Below, piece after piece: positions 25,953-35,240 of a stretch of DNA of 64,000 nt. The stretch is from the NCBI GenBank assembly GCA_963761335.1, contig CAVXGR010000018.1:800001-864000 (forward strand), read 5' to 3'. Both the position numbers and the translations under genes were made by a program. Under the pieces are notes generated by a model, which saw only the letters and a program-made list of their open reading frames with translations, was not told the origin of the DNA and made no database searches. The stretch is from an uncultured delta proteobacterium (GTDB lineage: Bacteria > Desulfobacterota > Binatia > HRBIN30 > BPIQ01). How positions within the stretch are numbered: position 1 is the first letter of the stretch; the number at the start of each line of letters is the position of its first letter.

Positions 25953-27125
25953 ATGCGCGTTCTCTTCCTGACCTCGACCTATCCAATTCCACAGGATCCC
26001 GGCTGGGGGCCGTTCGTGCAGACAGTCGCGCGCGGTGTGGCCTTGCAGGGGTGCTCGGTTCGCGTCCTCATGTTTTCGCCCGATCACCATGAGCACCGCT
26101 ACGACGACGGCGACGGCGTCGAGGTCTACCTGTATCCGTACGTTCGCCGCCAGCCCGTGCGATTGCACCTCCATCAGGGCCTCATTCCCTCGGTGCGCCA
26201 CAGCTGGCTGGCTCGCCTGCAGGTTCCCGCCTATCTGCGCGCCTCGCGGCGGGGGCTCGAGCGACACCTCGATGAGTTCTCGCCCGACGTCGTGCATGCC
26301 CACTGGTACCTGCCGGCGGGATGGGTGGCGAGCCGCGTCGCCGAGAAGCGGCGCTGCAAGCTGGTGACGACTGCATGGGGAGCGGAGTTCCACCTTCCGG
26401 TGCGCTGGCCGTTCACCCGCCTTCTGCGAGGCGTGGATGCGCGCAGCGCCCGGACGGCAGCCGTGAGCCAGTACATGCGCACCCGTGCCCGCCTCTACGG
26501 GCTCGACACGGCGAAGATGGCGGTCGTGCCGAATGGCGTCGACACGAGCCGATTTCACCCGGGCGGCGGGCGGGCGCCGGGCGGCGATCGGTTCGTGATC
26601 GGAACGGCGCGGCGGCTGGTGCCGGAGAAACGGGTGGAGCACCTCATCGAGGCCGTCGCTCTTCTTCCAGGGGCGGTGCGCAGCCGCGTCGAGGTACGAA
26701 TCGCCGGCGATGGGCCCGACCGGCAGCGCCTCGAACGCTTGGCCGAGCAGCGCGGGCTCCACGGCCAGGTGTCCTTTCTGGGCCCGGTCGCCAACCGCGA
26801 CATGCCCGAGGTCCTCCGGGGGTTTGACGTGTTCGTCAACCCGAGCATCCAGGAAGGTATGGCCACGGCGAACCTGGAGGCGATGGCATGCGGAGTGGCG
26901 ATTCTCGCCTATCGGGGGGTCGGCAACGAGGAAGTGGTGGTGGACGGCGAAACCGGCTACCTGGTGCCGAGCCAGTCCATCGAGGCGCTGGCTGAGCGGC
27001 TGGCGGCGCTCGCCGCCGAAGCGGAGCAGGGCCGCCAGCTGGGACGGAGAGGGCGCGCCCTGGTCGAAGAACACTTCTCGCAAGACGCCGTGGGACGGGA
27101 GTACCTCGAGGTGTACGGGAAATGA
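25953..27125 (+). CDS. GT4 glycosyltransferase
   Basis: DVVHAHW, VPNGVD, GDGP, EGMATANLEAMACG. Confidence 0.9.
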   Translation: MRVLFLTSTYPIPQDPGWGPFVQTVARGVALQGCSVRVLMFSPDHHEHRYDDGDGVEVYLYPYVRRQPVRLHLHQGLIPSVRHSWLARLQVPAYLRASRRGLERHLDEFSPDVVHAHWYLPAGWVASRVAEKRRCKLVTTAWGAEFHLPVRWPFTRLLRGVDARSARTAAVSQYMRTRARLYGLDTAKMAVVPNGVDTSRFHPGGGRAPGGDRFVIGTARRLVPEKRVEHLIEAVALLPGAVRSRVEVRIAGDGPDRQRLERLAEQRGLHGQVSFLGPVANRDMPEVLRGFDVFVNPSIQEGMATANLEAMACGVAILAYRGVGNEEVVVDGETGYLVPSQSIEALAERLAALAAEAEQGRQLGRRGRALVEEHFSQDAVGREYLEVYGK

Positions 27126-27841
27126 TTCGCCCTCATGCGAACGACATCCGCAGCCGGCCAGGCGAACCGGTCGCTGCCGTCGCCACCGGCAGCGGGTTGG
27201 GCACTCCTGGTCGTCTCGGCACTTGCTATCGTCTCGAGGTCTTCCGGCGATGGGGCATCCGGCCGCTCGGCGGGCGCGCCATGGACATCGGCTGCTACGA
27301 CGGTCAGTTTCTCGCGCAGTTCCCCGACATCGAGCGCGTCGCCATCGATATGGATCCCCATCCTGCGGCCGATTACCCGTTCGTGCGCGGCGACGCCTGC
27401 GATCTCCCGTTTGCGTCGGACGCCTTCGACGATGTCTTCGCGTTCGAGGTGATCGAGCACGTCGGCGACCAGCGGCGCCTGCTGGCGGAGGCCGTGCGCG
27501 TTCTCAAGCCGGGCGGCCGGCTGGTTCTCTCGACTCCGCATCGCAGTTTCCGCGTCTGGCCTCCCATGCTGACCGGATGGGTTCATCGCCGCTGGGGGCA
27601 TCCGCGCGGATTCATGGGATACGGCGAAGAGGACCTCCGGCGGTGGCTTCCCCCAGGCGTGACGGTCACCTTCCGCCGCTGGGCCGGCGGCCGCTTCGCG
27701 CGATTCTACTTTCCGCTGCGGTTGGGGTGGGGCGTCGCTCCGCGGCTGACCAGTCGACTGGTCCGAGCGGCGGCGATGCGCGACGCCGGGGAAGATGCCC
27801 GCAAGCGGTCGTACCTGCTGTTTGCCTTCGTGCAGAAGTGA
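27122..27841 (+). CDS. Class I SAM-dependent methyltransferase
   Basis: MDIGCYDG, GDACDLPF..DAFD, EVIEHV, RVLKPGG. Confidence 0.85.
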   Translation: MIRPHANDIRSRPGEPVAAVATGSGLGTPGRLGTCYRLEVFRRWGIRPLGGRAMDIGCYDGQFLAQFPDIERVAIDMDPHPAADYPFVRGDACDLPFASDAFDDVFAFEVIEHVGDQRRLLAEAVRVLKPGGRLVLSTPHRSFRVWPPMLTGWVHRRWGHPRGFMGYGEEDLRRWLPPGVTVTFRRWAGGRFARFYFPLRLGWGVAPRLTSRLVRAAAMRDAGEDARKRSYLLFAFVQK

Positions 27842-27853
27842 GACACGAGACGG

Positions 27854-28957
27854 ATGGCGCGCCAGGTATTGCACGTGAGCACGACGCTCAACACCGGGGG
27901 TGCGCAGCGCGTCACCAGCACGCTCCTCCGGCATCTGAGTCGGCAGGTGGTGTCCTCACGTCTGTGCCTGGTGCGCAACGACATCGGCTTCGATGTCCCA
28001 GGAGACGTTTCCGTGCACTGTCTCGACCATCGAAGGCCCTGGGACTGGCCGCGCACCGTCTTTCGTCTCCGCCGGCTCATCGAGGACACCGCCCCGGATG
28101 TGGTGCTCAGCAACGTCAGTGCAACGAGCCTCCTCACCGGCCTGGCGCTGCTCTCCTGCCGTCGCCAGCCGGTGTGGATCGTCCGCATTGCCGGGAGCCC
28201 GGCGCATCACGACGGGCTGATCCGCACGCTCATCGCCAATCGCGTTTACCCGCGTGCCGATCGCTTCGTGGTCAACTCGCGCGGCTTGGGGGAGGGGCTC
28301 GCGCGCCGTCATCCGTTCACCGCAGGAAAGATCGACTGCCTTGCGAATCCCACCGATTTTTCCATGATTGATCGACTGGCCGCTGAGCCTCCGCCGCATC
28401 GCAAGGAGGGCGCGGGGCCGCTGGTGATCGCCGTGGGGCGCCTGTTCCCGCAGAAGCGCTACGACCTCCTGATCCGTGCCTTTGCGGCGGCGGGCGGCGA
28501 CAGCGGCGCGACCCTGTGGATCTGTGGCGATGGACCGCTGCGCCAGCCGCTGACCTCATTGATCGCCGACCTCCGACTGCAGGAGCGCGTTCGCCTTCTC
28601 GGGTTTTGCGAGAATCCGTTCGCACTCCTCCGGCAGGCGGATGTCTTCGTCATGACGAGTGATTGGGAGGGGCTGCCGAACGCCTTGATCGAGGCCCAGG
28701 GGCTCGGCATTCCCGCTGTCTCCACGCGTTGTCCGTATGGCCCGGAAGAGATCATCGAGGCGGAGCGGACGGGGATCCTGGTCCCGCCCGGTGACGTCGG
28801 AGCCATCGCCGCGGCCATGCGTCGATTGCTCGGCGACGCGACTCTTCGGGCGCAGATGGCCAGGGAAGCGCGAGCCCATGCTCGGGCGCATTTCGGCGTC
28901 GAGCTCCTGGCCGGCGCCTGGGAGAATCTGCTCGCCAATCAGCAGGCCAGCCGGTGA
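27854..28957 (+). CDS. GT4 glycosyltransferase
   Basis: GGAQR, VGRLFPQK, SDWEGLPNALIEA. Confidence 0.9.
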   Translation: MARQVLHVSTTLNTGGAQRVTSTLLRHLSRQVVSSRLCLVRNDIGFDVPGDVSVHCLDHRRPWDWPRTVFRLRRLIEDTAPDVVLSNVSATSLLTGLALLSCRRQPVWIVRIAGSPAHHDGLIRTLIANRVYPRADRFVVNSRGLGEGLARRHPFTAGKIDCLANPTDFSMIDRLAAEPPPHRKEGAGPLVIAVGRLFPQKRYDLLIRAFAAAGGDSGATLWICGDGPLRQPLTSLIADLRLQERVRLLGFCENPFALLRQADVFVMTSDWEGLPNALIEAQGLGIPAVSTRCPYGPEEIIEAERTGILVPPGDVGAIAAAMRRLLGDATLRAQMAREARAHARAHFGVELLAGAWENLLANQQASR

Positions 28958-29901
28958 CGAAAGTGGAGACCTCGCGCCTCATCGTCGAGCCTCCCTGGGA
29001 GATCCTGATCTGCCCGTACTGCGGCGCCGACCTGGTCCGCAGCGCCGGCGGAGCGCGGTGTCGGCCCTGTGCGGCGGAGTATTGCGCGGATGCGGATGGC
29101 GCCCTCGACCTGCGCTTGCAGCGGGCGAAGACCGTCGCCGTCGAGCATGAACTGGGAACCGATCTCTTCTCGCGCCAACACCCCGACTTCAGCCCTCTCG
29201 ACGCCAACCCGGAGATCCCGGTCGATTATGGCGGCGTCGAGGTGCCGGTCCATCTCACGCAGGCGATGCTGCGTCATCTGCCGGCGGCCCGTGGCGCCGG
29301 CGCCCGCCTCCTGGACCTCGGGTGCGGCAAGGGCGGCTATCGCCCGGTGGCCGAGCGGGCAGGGTATCAGTGGACGGGCGTGGACTTTCACGAGCCCGGC
29401 GCGCCGATTCATGCCGACGCGCACGCGCTGCCGTTTCGCGACGCCAGCTTCGACTTCATTCTGAGCCTGGCCATGCTCGAGCACGTGCGCTATCCGCTGA
29501 TCGTGTTGCGCGAGGCGCTGCGCGTGCTCAAGCCCGGCGGCGGCATGCTCGGGAGCGTGGCGTTCCTCGTGCCGTTTCACGGCGGCGGAAGCTACTACGA
29601 CATGACGCATCTGGGCATCTTCAACGGGCTCGCGGATGCGGGCTTTCAGGTGCAGCGCATTGCGCCGGACCCGCGATACAGCGGGCTGCGAGCGCTGTCT
29701 CACGCGGGTCTCTTCCTCGGCTCGCCGCGCCGGCTCGCTTACGCCTTGGTCCAGCCCCTGGAGCTGCTGCATCGGCTGTGGTGGCGGCTCCTTCGTCTCC
29801 GTGATCGCAGCTATACGCCGGAGAGTCGCCTTCGACACGTGGCTGGGGCGTTCATCTTCGTCGCCTCCCGCCCCGAGACCGCTCGTGATTCTGCGGGCTG
29901 A
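28954..29901 (+). CDS. Class I SAM methyltransferase with N-terminal CxxC..CxxC (Trm112-like) segment
   Basis: ICPYCG...CRPC; LLDLGCGKG; ADAHALPF; RVLKPGG. Confidence 0.85.
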   Translation: MTKVETSRLIVEPPWEILICPYCGADLVRSAGGARCRPCAAEYCADADGALDLRLQRAKTVAVEHELGTDLFSRQHPDFSPLDANPEIPVDYGGVEVPVHLTQAMLRHLPAARGAGARLLDLGCGKGGYRPVAERAGYQWTGVDFHEPGAPIHADAHALPFRDASFDFILSLAMLEHVRYPLIVLREALRVLKPGGGMLGSVAFLVPFHGGGSYYDMTHLGIFNGLADAGFQVQRIAPDPRYSGLRALSHAGLFLGSPRRLAYALVQPLELLHRLWWRLLRLRDRSYTPESRLRHVAGAFIFVASRPETARDSAG

Positions 29902-29907
29902 CGACTC

Positions 29908-31257
29908 GTGCCTTTCCTGAGCTTCCGGAGGGGGCCGGCAAAGGGCGATCCCGCGAGCCCGCAGCGCCGCGTCTTGCGACACTCCGCCTGGCTGTTCGCG
30001 GCACAGGTGGTCACCGCCGTCCTGATGCTCGCGCAAGGCCTGATTCTCGCCAGAGCTCTCGGCGTTGCTCCGTACGGAGCCTGGGCGCTGGTCACCACCT
30101 ACGTCCTGACCGTGAACCAGTTCTTCGACTGTCGGGTATGGGAAGCTCTGATCAAGTTCGTGCCCGAGTATCGGGCGCGAGGGCAGGGAGGCAAGGTCAA
30201 CGCCACCGTCCGCCTCTGCTTCGCGGTGCAGGTGGTGACCGGCGTGGTGAGCTGTTTGGTCGCCGTGCTGACGGCCTCGCCGGCGGCCCGCTGGCTCCTG
30301 AAGGACCCCGGAAGTGCTCCGCTGTTTTCCCTCTTTGCCGCTTATGCGATCCTGAACATCCCCTATGAGCCGACGTCCGCACTGCTGCGCGTCGCCGACC
30401 AGTTCGACTCGTTGGCGATCCATCGCGTGGTGGTGGCCGGCGCCCGCACCGCGGCGATCATCGTCGTCTGGCTGGTCGGGCCGACGGTCACGCGCATGTT
30501 GATTGCGCACCTCGCCGGGACCGTGGCAGGGCTGCCGCTGCTCGCCGTGTACGGACGCCGCGCCGGCAGGCATCTGGGTCTCTCCCTCCGGAGCCGCGGC
30601 GAACCTCCGCTGACGCGGCGCGAGTATCTGGCTCAGGCACGCTTCATCGGCCTCACCAGCCTCATTGCCACCAGCCGGATCGTTTCCTCCAGGGCGGATA
30701 ACCTGGTGCTGGCGCTCTTTGCGACGCCGGCTGCGGTCGGCCTGTACGACGTCGCCCGCAGGGCGGTTCTCCAGCTCAACAGCCTCTCCGGCGCGCTGTA
30801 CGAGGCCATCTTCCCCGAGGTCTCCAGACTGGTGGCGACCGGGGCTTTGGATAACCTGCGTACCCTGATCAGACAGGTGTCGTTCACCGTGCTGGTGGCC
30901 GTCGTGCCCTTCTGCCTCGTGGTCACACTGGCGGCGCCGCATGTTGTCGTCGCGCTTTTCGGCGAGCCGTATCGCGCCGCCGCGCCCTTGCTCCAGATCC
31001 TGGTCTGGCAGCTGCTCTGGCTTCCGCTCCTCTGGTTCCCCGGCTTCCTGCTGACGACCGACCGCGCCGGCCTGTTGATGCGCCTCACGGGGCTCGATTC
31101 CCTCATTCTTCTGGTGCTGCTCGGGGTCCTCGTTCCCGCTCTCGGCGCCACCGGCGCCGCACTCTCGTCGACGGCGCACCAGCTCATCTGGTGCGGGTTG
31201 GTCCTCGCCCTGGTGCGCCGCGGTGGCGGCGCCGTCTCGCTTCAGCGGAGCGCCTGA
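29908..31257 (+). CDS. Oligosaccharide flippase (Wzx/MOP family)
   Basis: LARALG...YG, DNLVL.....AVGLY, FP..SRL, LFGEPY..AA..LQIL, LVPALGATGAA. Confidence 0.85.
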   Translation: MPFLSFRRGPAKGDPASPQRRVLRHSAWLFAAQVVTAVLMLAQGLILARALGVAPYGAWALVTTYVLTVNQFFDCRVWEALIKFVPEYRARGQGGKVNATVRLCFAVQVVTGVVSCLVAVLTASPAARWLLKDPGSAPLFSLFAAYAILNIPYEPTSALLRVADQFDSLAIHRVVVAGARTAAIIVVWLVGPTVTRMLIAHLAGTVAGLPLLAVYGRRAGRHLGLSLRSRGEPPLTRREYLAQARFIGLTSLIATSRIVSSRADNLVLALFATPAAVGLYDVARRAVLQLNSLSGALYEAIFPEVSRLVATGALDNLRTLIRQVSFTVLVAVVPFCLVVTLAAPHVVVALFGEPYRAAAPLLQILVWQLLWLPLLWFPGFLLTTDRAGLLMRLTGLDSLILLVLLGVLVPALGATGAALSSTAHQLIWCGLVLALVRRGGGAVSLQRSA

Positions 31258-31263
31258 CGATCC

Positions 31264-32178
31264 ATGAGTATCCACGTGCAATTCATCTGGCGCGATCGCT
31301 GCCCGGTCTGTGCGTCGCAGGCCACCAGGCAGCTACTCAGCTGTCCCTTCACCGACGGGCGGGTGCGCGGCTTCCTCGATACCTATTACGAAGGAAGGGT
31401 TCCCGCGTCGACCCTTGGCGGGGCGAGCTTTGTCGTGGACGAGTGTCGGGAGTGCGGCCTGCTCTTCCAGCGGGAGATCCTCTCTCCGCCGGGTATGGAG
31501 ATGCTGTACGAGCACTGGATTTCAGCCGGCCAGAGCCTCGACAAGAAGCGATATGCCGACCTCGGCCTGTTCCTGGAGTACGCACGTCAGGTCGCCGCCA
31601 TTCCGCGGCTGTGCGGGCGGCCGCCGCACGAGATACGCGTCCTCGAGTACGGCGCGGGTTGGGGACACTGGTTGCGGATGGCTGACGCCTTTGGCTTCGA
31701 TGCAACGGGCATCGAGCTGTCCCGAGTGCGGGTGCAGTTCGCGCGGGGGAAGGGTCTCAAGATCATCGAGGATCTCGAGACGCAGGAGGACGAAACCTTC
31801 CACTACGTCTACTCCAACCAGACATTCGAGCACCTCTCCCATCCCCTCGAGGTGGCCCGGGAGCTGGCGAGAGTGCTGGCGCCGGGCGGTGTCCTGTACC
31901 TTCAGGTGCCGGATGGGCGGAGGATGCGGCGATGGCTGGCAGACCCCGCCTGGAAGGCGCGCAAGGATGCTCTCCACCCCTTGGAACACATCAATTGTTA
32001 TGGGCGGCGGAGCCTGGTGCGGTTGGGGGAGGCGGTGGGGTTGCAGCGGATGGCGCCGCCATATCAGCCGGAATTCACCGACCTGACCCGCTTTCTCCGC
32101 TCGCATCTGGAGCTCGTCTACGACAGCCTGCTGGGGACGCGTGTCTTCTTTCGCAAGCCGCCCGGCCCTTCCGGCTGA
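31264..32178 (+). CDS. Class I SAM methyltransferase with zinc-ribbon N-terminus
   Basis: CPVC...CRECG; VLEYGAGWG; FEHL.HP; LAPGG; EHIN. Confidence 0.85.
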   Translation: MSIHVQFIWRDRCPVCASQATRQLLSCPFTDGRVRGFLDTYYEGRVPASTLGGASFVVDECRECGLLFQREILSPPGMEMLYEHWISAGQSLDKKRYADLGLFLEYARQVAAIPRLCGRPPHEIRVLEYGAGWGHWLRMADAFGFDATGIELSRVRVQFARGKGLKIIEDLETQEDETFHYVYSNQTFEHLSHPLEVARELARVLAPGGVLYLQVPDGRRMRRWLADPAWKARKDALHPLEHINCYGRRSLVRLGEAVGLQRMAPPYQPEFTDLTRFLRSHLELVYDSLLGTRVFFRKPPGPSG

Positions 32179-32186
32179 GGAACCGC

Positions 32187-33377
32187 ATGCGCATTCACTA
32201 CCTCAGCAACTCGCTCATCCCATCGCGTGCCGCCAACGCCGTGCAGGTGATGCGCATGTGCGAGGCGCTGGCGCGTCGGGGGCATGAGGTCACGCTGTTC
32301 GCGCGCTCGGGGCAGGATGCGGGCGACCCGTATGCGACGTACGGCGTGACGCCTTGCTTCGACATCGCCTACTGCCGGCGGCCGGCCGCCGGGCCCGCGG
32401 GGGCGCTGGCGTATGCCGTCGAGGTTCGGCGCGCCGTCGGCCAGCGCCGCAGAGCGGACCTGTTCTACTCGCGGCATGCCTGGTCTCTTGCGGCTGCCGC
32501 CGGGCCGCTGGTTCCGGTCGTCTTCGAAGCCCACCAAGCGCCGGCATTCCTGGACGGAATATTGGAAGGCCGCCTTTTCAGGCGCCGGAACTTTGCGCGC
32601 CTGGTGACCATCTCAGAGGCGCTGCGCCGCGAGTACCTGCGGCGCTATCCGGCCTTGCCGCCGGTGCGCGTGCAGGTCGCTCACGATGCTGCCGAACCAT
32701 TCGGCGAACGGGCCATCGACCCGGTGGAGCTGCGCCGCAGCACCCGCGAGCCGCGCCTGCGGGTCGGCTACATCGGGCAGCTGTATGCCGGAAAGGGCAT
32801 GGAGGTCGTCTCCGCGCTTGCACGCCGCCGCGCCGACGTGGACTTTCACGTCGTCGGCGGCGACGAAGCGGAGCTGCGTCATTGGCGGCAAGCGACCTCC
32901 GGGTCGGAGAATCTCTTCTTCTATGGACATGTAGCCGCTGCCCACACCGCCGCGTATGTCCAGTCCATGGACGTGCTGCTCGCCCCCTACCAGACCCGGG
33001 TGGCACAGGCGGGAGGCGACCGGGACATCGGGCGATGGATGTCGCCACTCAAGATCTTCGAGTACATGGCCGGCGGCAAGGCGATTGTCGCCTCCGACCT
33101 TCCGGTCATCAGGGAGATTCTGCAGAACGGCGTTACCGCTTTGCTGGTGGCGCCGGCGGATCTGGACGCCTGGGGGGCGGCGTTGGTGAAGCTCGAGGAG
33201 GTGGCGACCCGCCAGCGGCTCGGGGCTGCAGCGGCCGACGTCGCCCGGCGTTTGCACACCTGGTCGGCGCGCGCCGCGCGAGTGTTGGAGGGCATCGAGC
33301 ACCGCGGCGGGCCCGTCACCCCGCCACGGCCAAAGGTTCCCTCTCCCGCATCTTTTCGCGGGAGAGGGTCAGGGTGA
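32187..33377 (+). CDS. GT4 glycosyltransferase
   Basis: ATG 32187 after GAGG; ANAVQVMRMCEA; GYIGQLYAGKG; SPLKIFEYMA. Confidence 0.9.
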   Translation: MRIHYLSNSLIPSRAANAVQVMRMCEALARRGHEVTLFARSGQDAGDPYATYGVTPCFDIAYCRRPAAGPAGALAYAVEVRRAVGQRRRADLFYSRHAWSLAAAAGPLVPVVFEAHQAPAFLDGILEGRLFRRRNFARLVTISEALRREYLRRYPALPPVRVQVAHDAAEPFGERAIDPVELRRSTREPRLRVGYIGQLYAGKGMEVVSALARRRADVDFHVVGGDEAELRHWRQATSGSENLFFYGHVAAAHTAAYVQSMDVLLAPYQTRVAQAGGDRDIGRWMSPLKIFEYMAGGKAIVASDLPVIREILQNGVTALLVAPADLDAWGAALVKLEEVATRQRLGAAAADVARRLHTWSARAARVLEGIEHRGGPVTPPRPKVPSPASFRGRGSG

Positions 33378-33459
33378 GGGCATCGCCCTTGGGACAGCGG
33401 GGTTGAACGCTGGTCGTCCGGCTGTTACGTGCAGGCGGTTCATGATCGAGCGGCTGTAG

Positions 33460-34257
33460 ATGAGCGCGAGACCGAGCCTTCTCGATCTCGTTCGCATCAC
33501 GTGGGGAGCCTTCTTTGCCCGTGAGGAGCGGCACCGCTACGAGTGCCGGCATACGCTGCTCTCGGGCATCGCCCGCCTGTGGCAGCTGCGGGTGTACAAC
33601 AAGAACCTGTACTGGTTCACGGACCAGGAGTACCTGGAGGCCTGGCGGGCATTCCCGGAAGGCGACGGGAAGGTGCACGATCGCAAGTTCGTGCTGCTGC
33701 AGCTGGCGAAGTGGGCGGCGCGGTTGCCGGGCGACACCGCCGAATGCGGGGTGTTCAACGGCGGGAGCAGTTATCTGATCTGCTACGCGAGAGCTCGATA
33801 CGCTCCCGATCGGGTTTTCAAACACTATGCCTTCGACTCCTTCGAAGGTCTGTCGGCGCCGGCGCGCCAGGACGCACCGGAGCAGGCGCGGACCTTCCGC
33901 TGGCGGCCGCACGATCTGCGTGTGCCGGAAGAGCGCGCCCGCCGCAACCTGAGCCAGTTCCCGTTCGTCGAGATCTACAAGGGATGGATCCCGGAGACCT
34001 TCCATCACGTCAGCGACCGGCACTTTTCGCTGGTCCATCTCGACGTCGACCTCTATCAGCCGACCCGCGACTCACTCGAGTTCTTCTATCCGCGTCTGGT
34101 CGAGGGGGGCATGCTGATCTGTGACGATTACGGATCCGAAGCCTGTCCCGGGGCGCGGCAGGCGTGCGACGAGTTCGCGAAAGGCACGCCACATCCCGTG
34201 ATTCACCTGCCGACGGGGCAGGGCGTGCTCATCAAGCTCCCGTCCACAACGGGGTAG
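33460..34257 (+). CDS. TylF/MycF/NovP-family O-methyltransferase
   Basis: GDTAECGV..G.S, FDSFEGL, KGWIPET, VHLDVDLY, GGMLICDDY. Confidence 0.9.
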   Translation: MSARPSLLDLVRITWGAFFAREERHRYECRHTLLSGIARLWQLRVYNKNLYWFTDQEYLEAWRAFPEGDGKVHDRKFVLLQLAKWAARLPGDTAECGVFNGGSSYLICYARARYAPDRVFKHYAFDSFEGLSAPARQDAPEQARTFRWRPHDLRVPEERARRNLSQFPFVEIYKGWIPETFHHVSDRHFSLVHLDVDLYQPTRDSLEFFYPRLVEGGMLICDDYGSEACPGARQACDEFAKGTPHPVIHLPTGQGVLIKLPSTTG

Positions 34258-34267
34258 GAGTCGGGAG

Positions 34268-35224
34268 ATGGCGATCCCACTCGTGAACCCTTCGACGCAC
34301 AATGCGCTGGTCGCCCGTGGAGACGCTCTCTATGACTCGGTCACCGACGTGCGAGTGGCGCCGGTGGTGGATTCCCTGCCGCGCTTCTGCGACATGGGGG
34401 CGCCCGAGGCGGAGAGCTGGGCCTTCGAGTGGAACACGTGGGAGCATACGCTCAGCGACGCGCGAAGCACCGGAGACGCGAAGTACCGGGAGATTCTCAG
34501 CCGAACGCATTTCGGCGAGCTCGCACTGGAGGGCCGGACGATTCTCGAGTGCGGCTGCGGGGGAGGCGACGACACCGAGGTGCTTCTGCGGCTTCCTTTT
34601 TCCGAGGTGCATGCCATCGACCTCAGCAGGGCGATCGATCGGGCGCACAGGTACCTGAAGGACGAGCGGCTGGTTCTCTCCCAGGCCTCGATCTATGCGA
34701 TCCCGTACCGCGACCGGGCCTTCGACGTCGTCTTCTGCCACCGGGTCCTGCAGCACACTCCCGACCCACCCCGTGCCCTCCGGGCGCTGTGCAAGAAGGT
34801 GAAACCCGGTGGGGTGCTGTTCGTGCACAGCTACAACAAGAGCTGGTTCTACCTGATGAACTACAAGTACAAGTATCGCTTTCTCAGCAAGCGGCTGCCG
34901 CCGGGGTGGATCTATGCGCTGCTTCAGCGATACGGGCGAACCCTCTATAGGCTCACCGAGCGCATGCGCACCGGTAACGTCGTTCTGCAGGGGCTTTCCT
35001 GGAGCTTCGTGCCCTTCGATTGGGTGAAGTCGTACGGGAACATGAACGCCGAGCAGCGGCTCGACCTGCTCAAGCTCGTCACCTTCGATGCGCTCACGCC
35101 GCGGTACGACAGGCCGATGCGCTGGCAAACCATGCGCCGCATCCTCGAGGACGAAGGCTTCATCATCCGCTTTGCCCAGCATCGGTACGATTCCCCGCTG
35201 CTCTGCACGGCGGTGCGGCGGTAG
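34268..35224 (+). CDS. Class I SAM-dependent methyltransferase
   Basis: ILECGCGGG, FDVVFCHRVLQHTPDP, VKPGG. Confidence 0.85.
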   Translation: MAIPLVNPSTHNALVARGDALYDSVTDVRVAPVVDSLPRFCDMGAPEAESWAFEWNTWEHTLSDARSTGDAKYREILSRTHFGELALEGRTILECGCGGGDDTEVLLRLPFSEVHAIDLSRAIDRAHRYLKDERLVLSQASIYAIPYRDRAFDVVFCHRVLQHTPDPPRALRALCKKVKPGGVLFVHSYNKSWFYLMNYKYKYRFLSKRLPPGWIYALLQRYGRTLYRLTERMRTGNVVLQGLSWSFVPFDWVKSYGNMNAEQRLDLLKLVTFDALTPRYDRPMRWQTMRRILEDEGFIIRFAQHRYDSPLLCTAVRR

Positions 35225-35240
35225 CCTGGAGGCGCCGGCC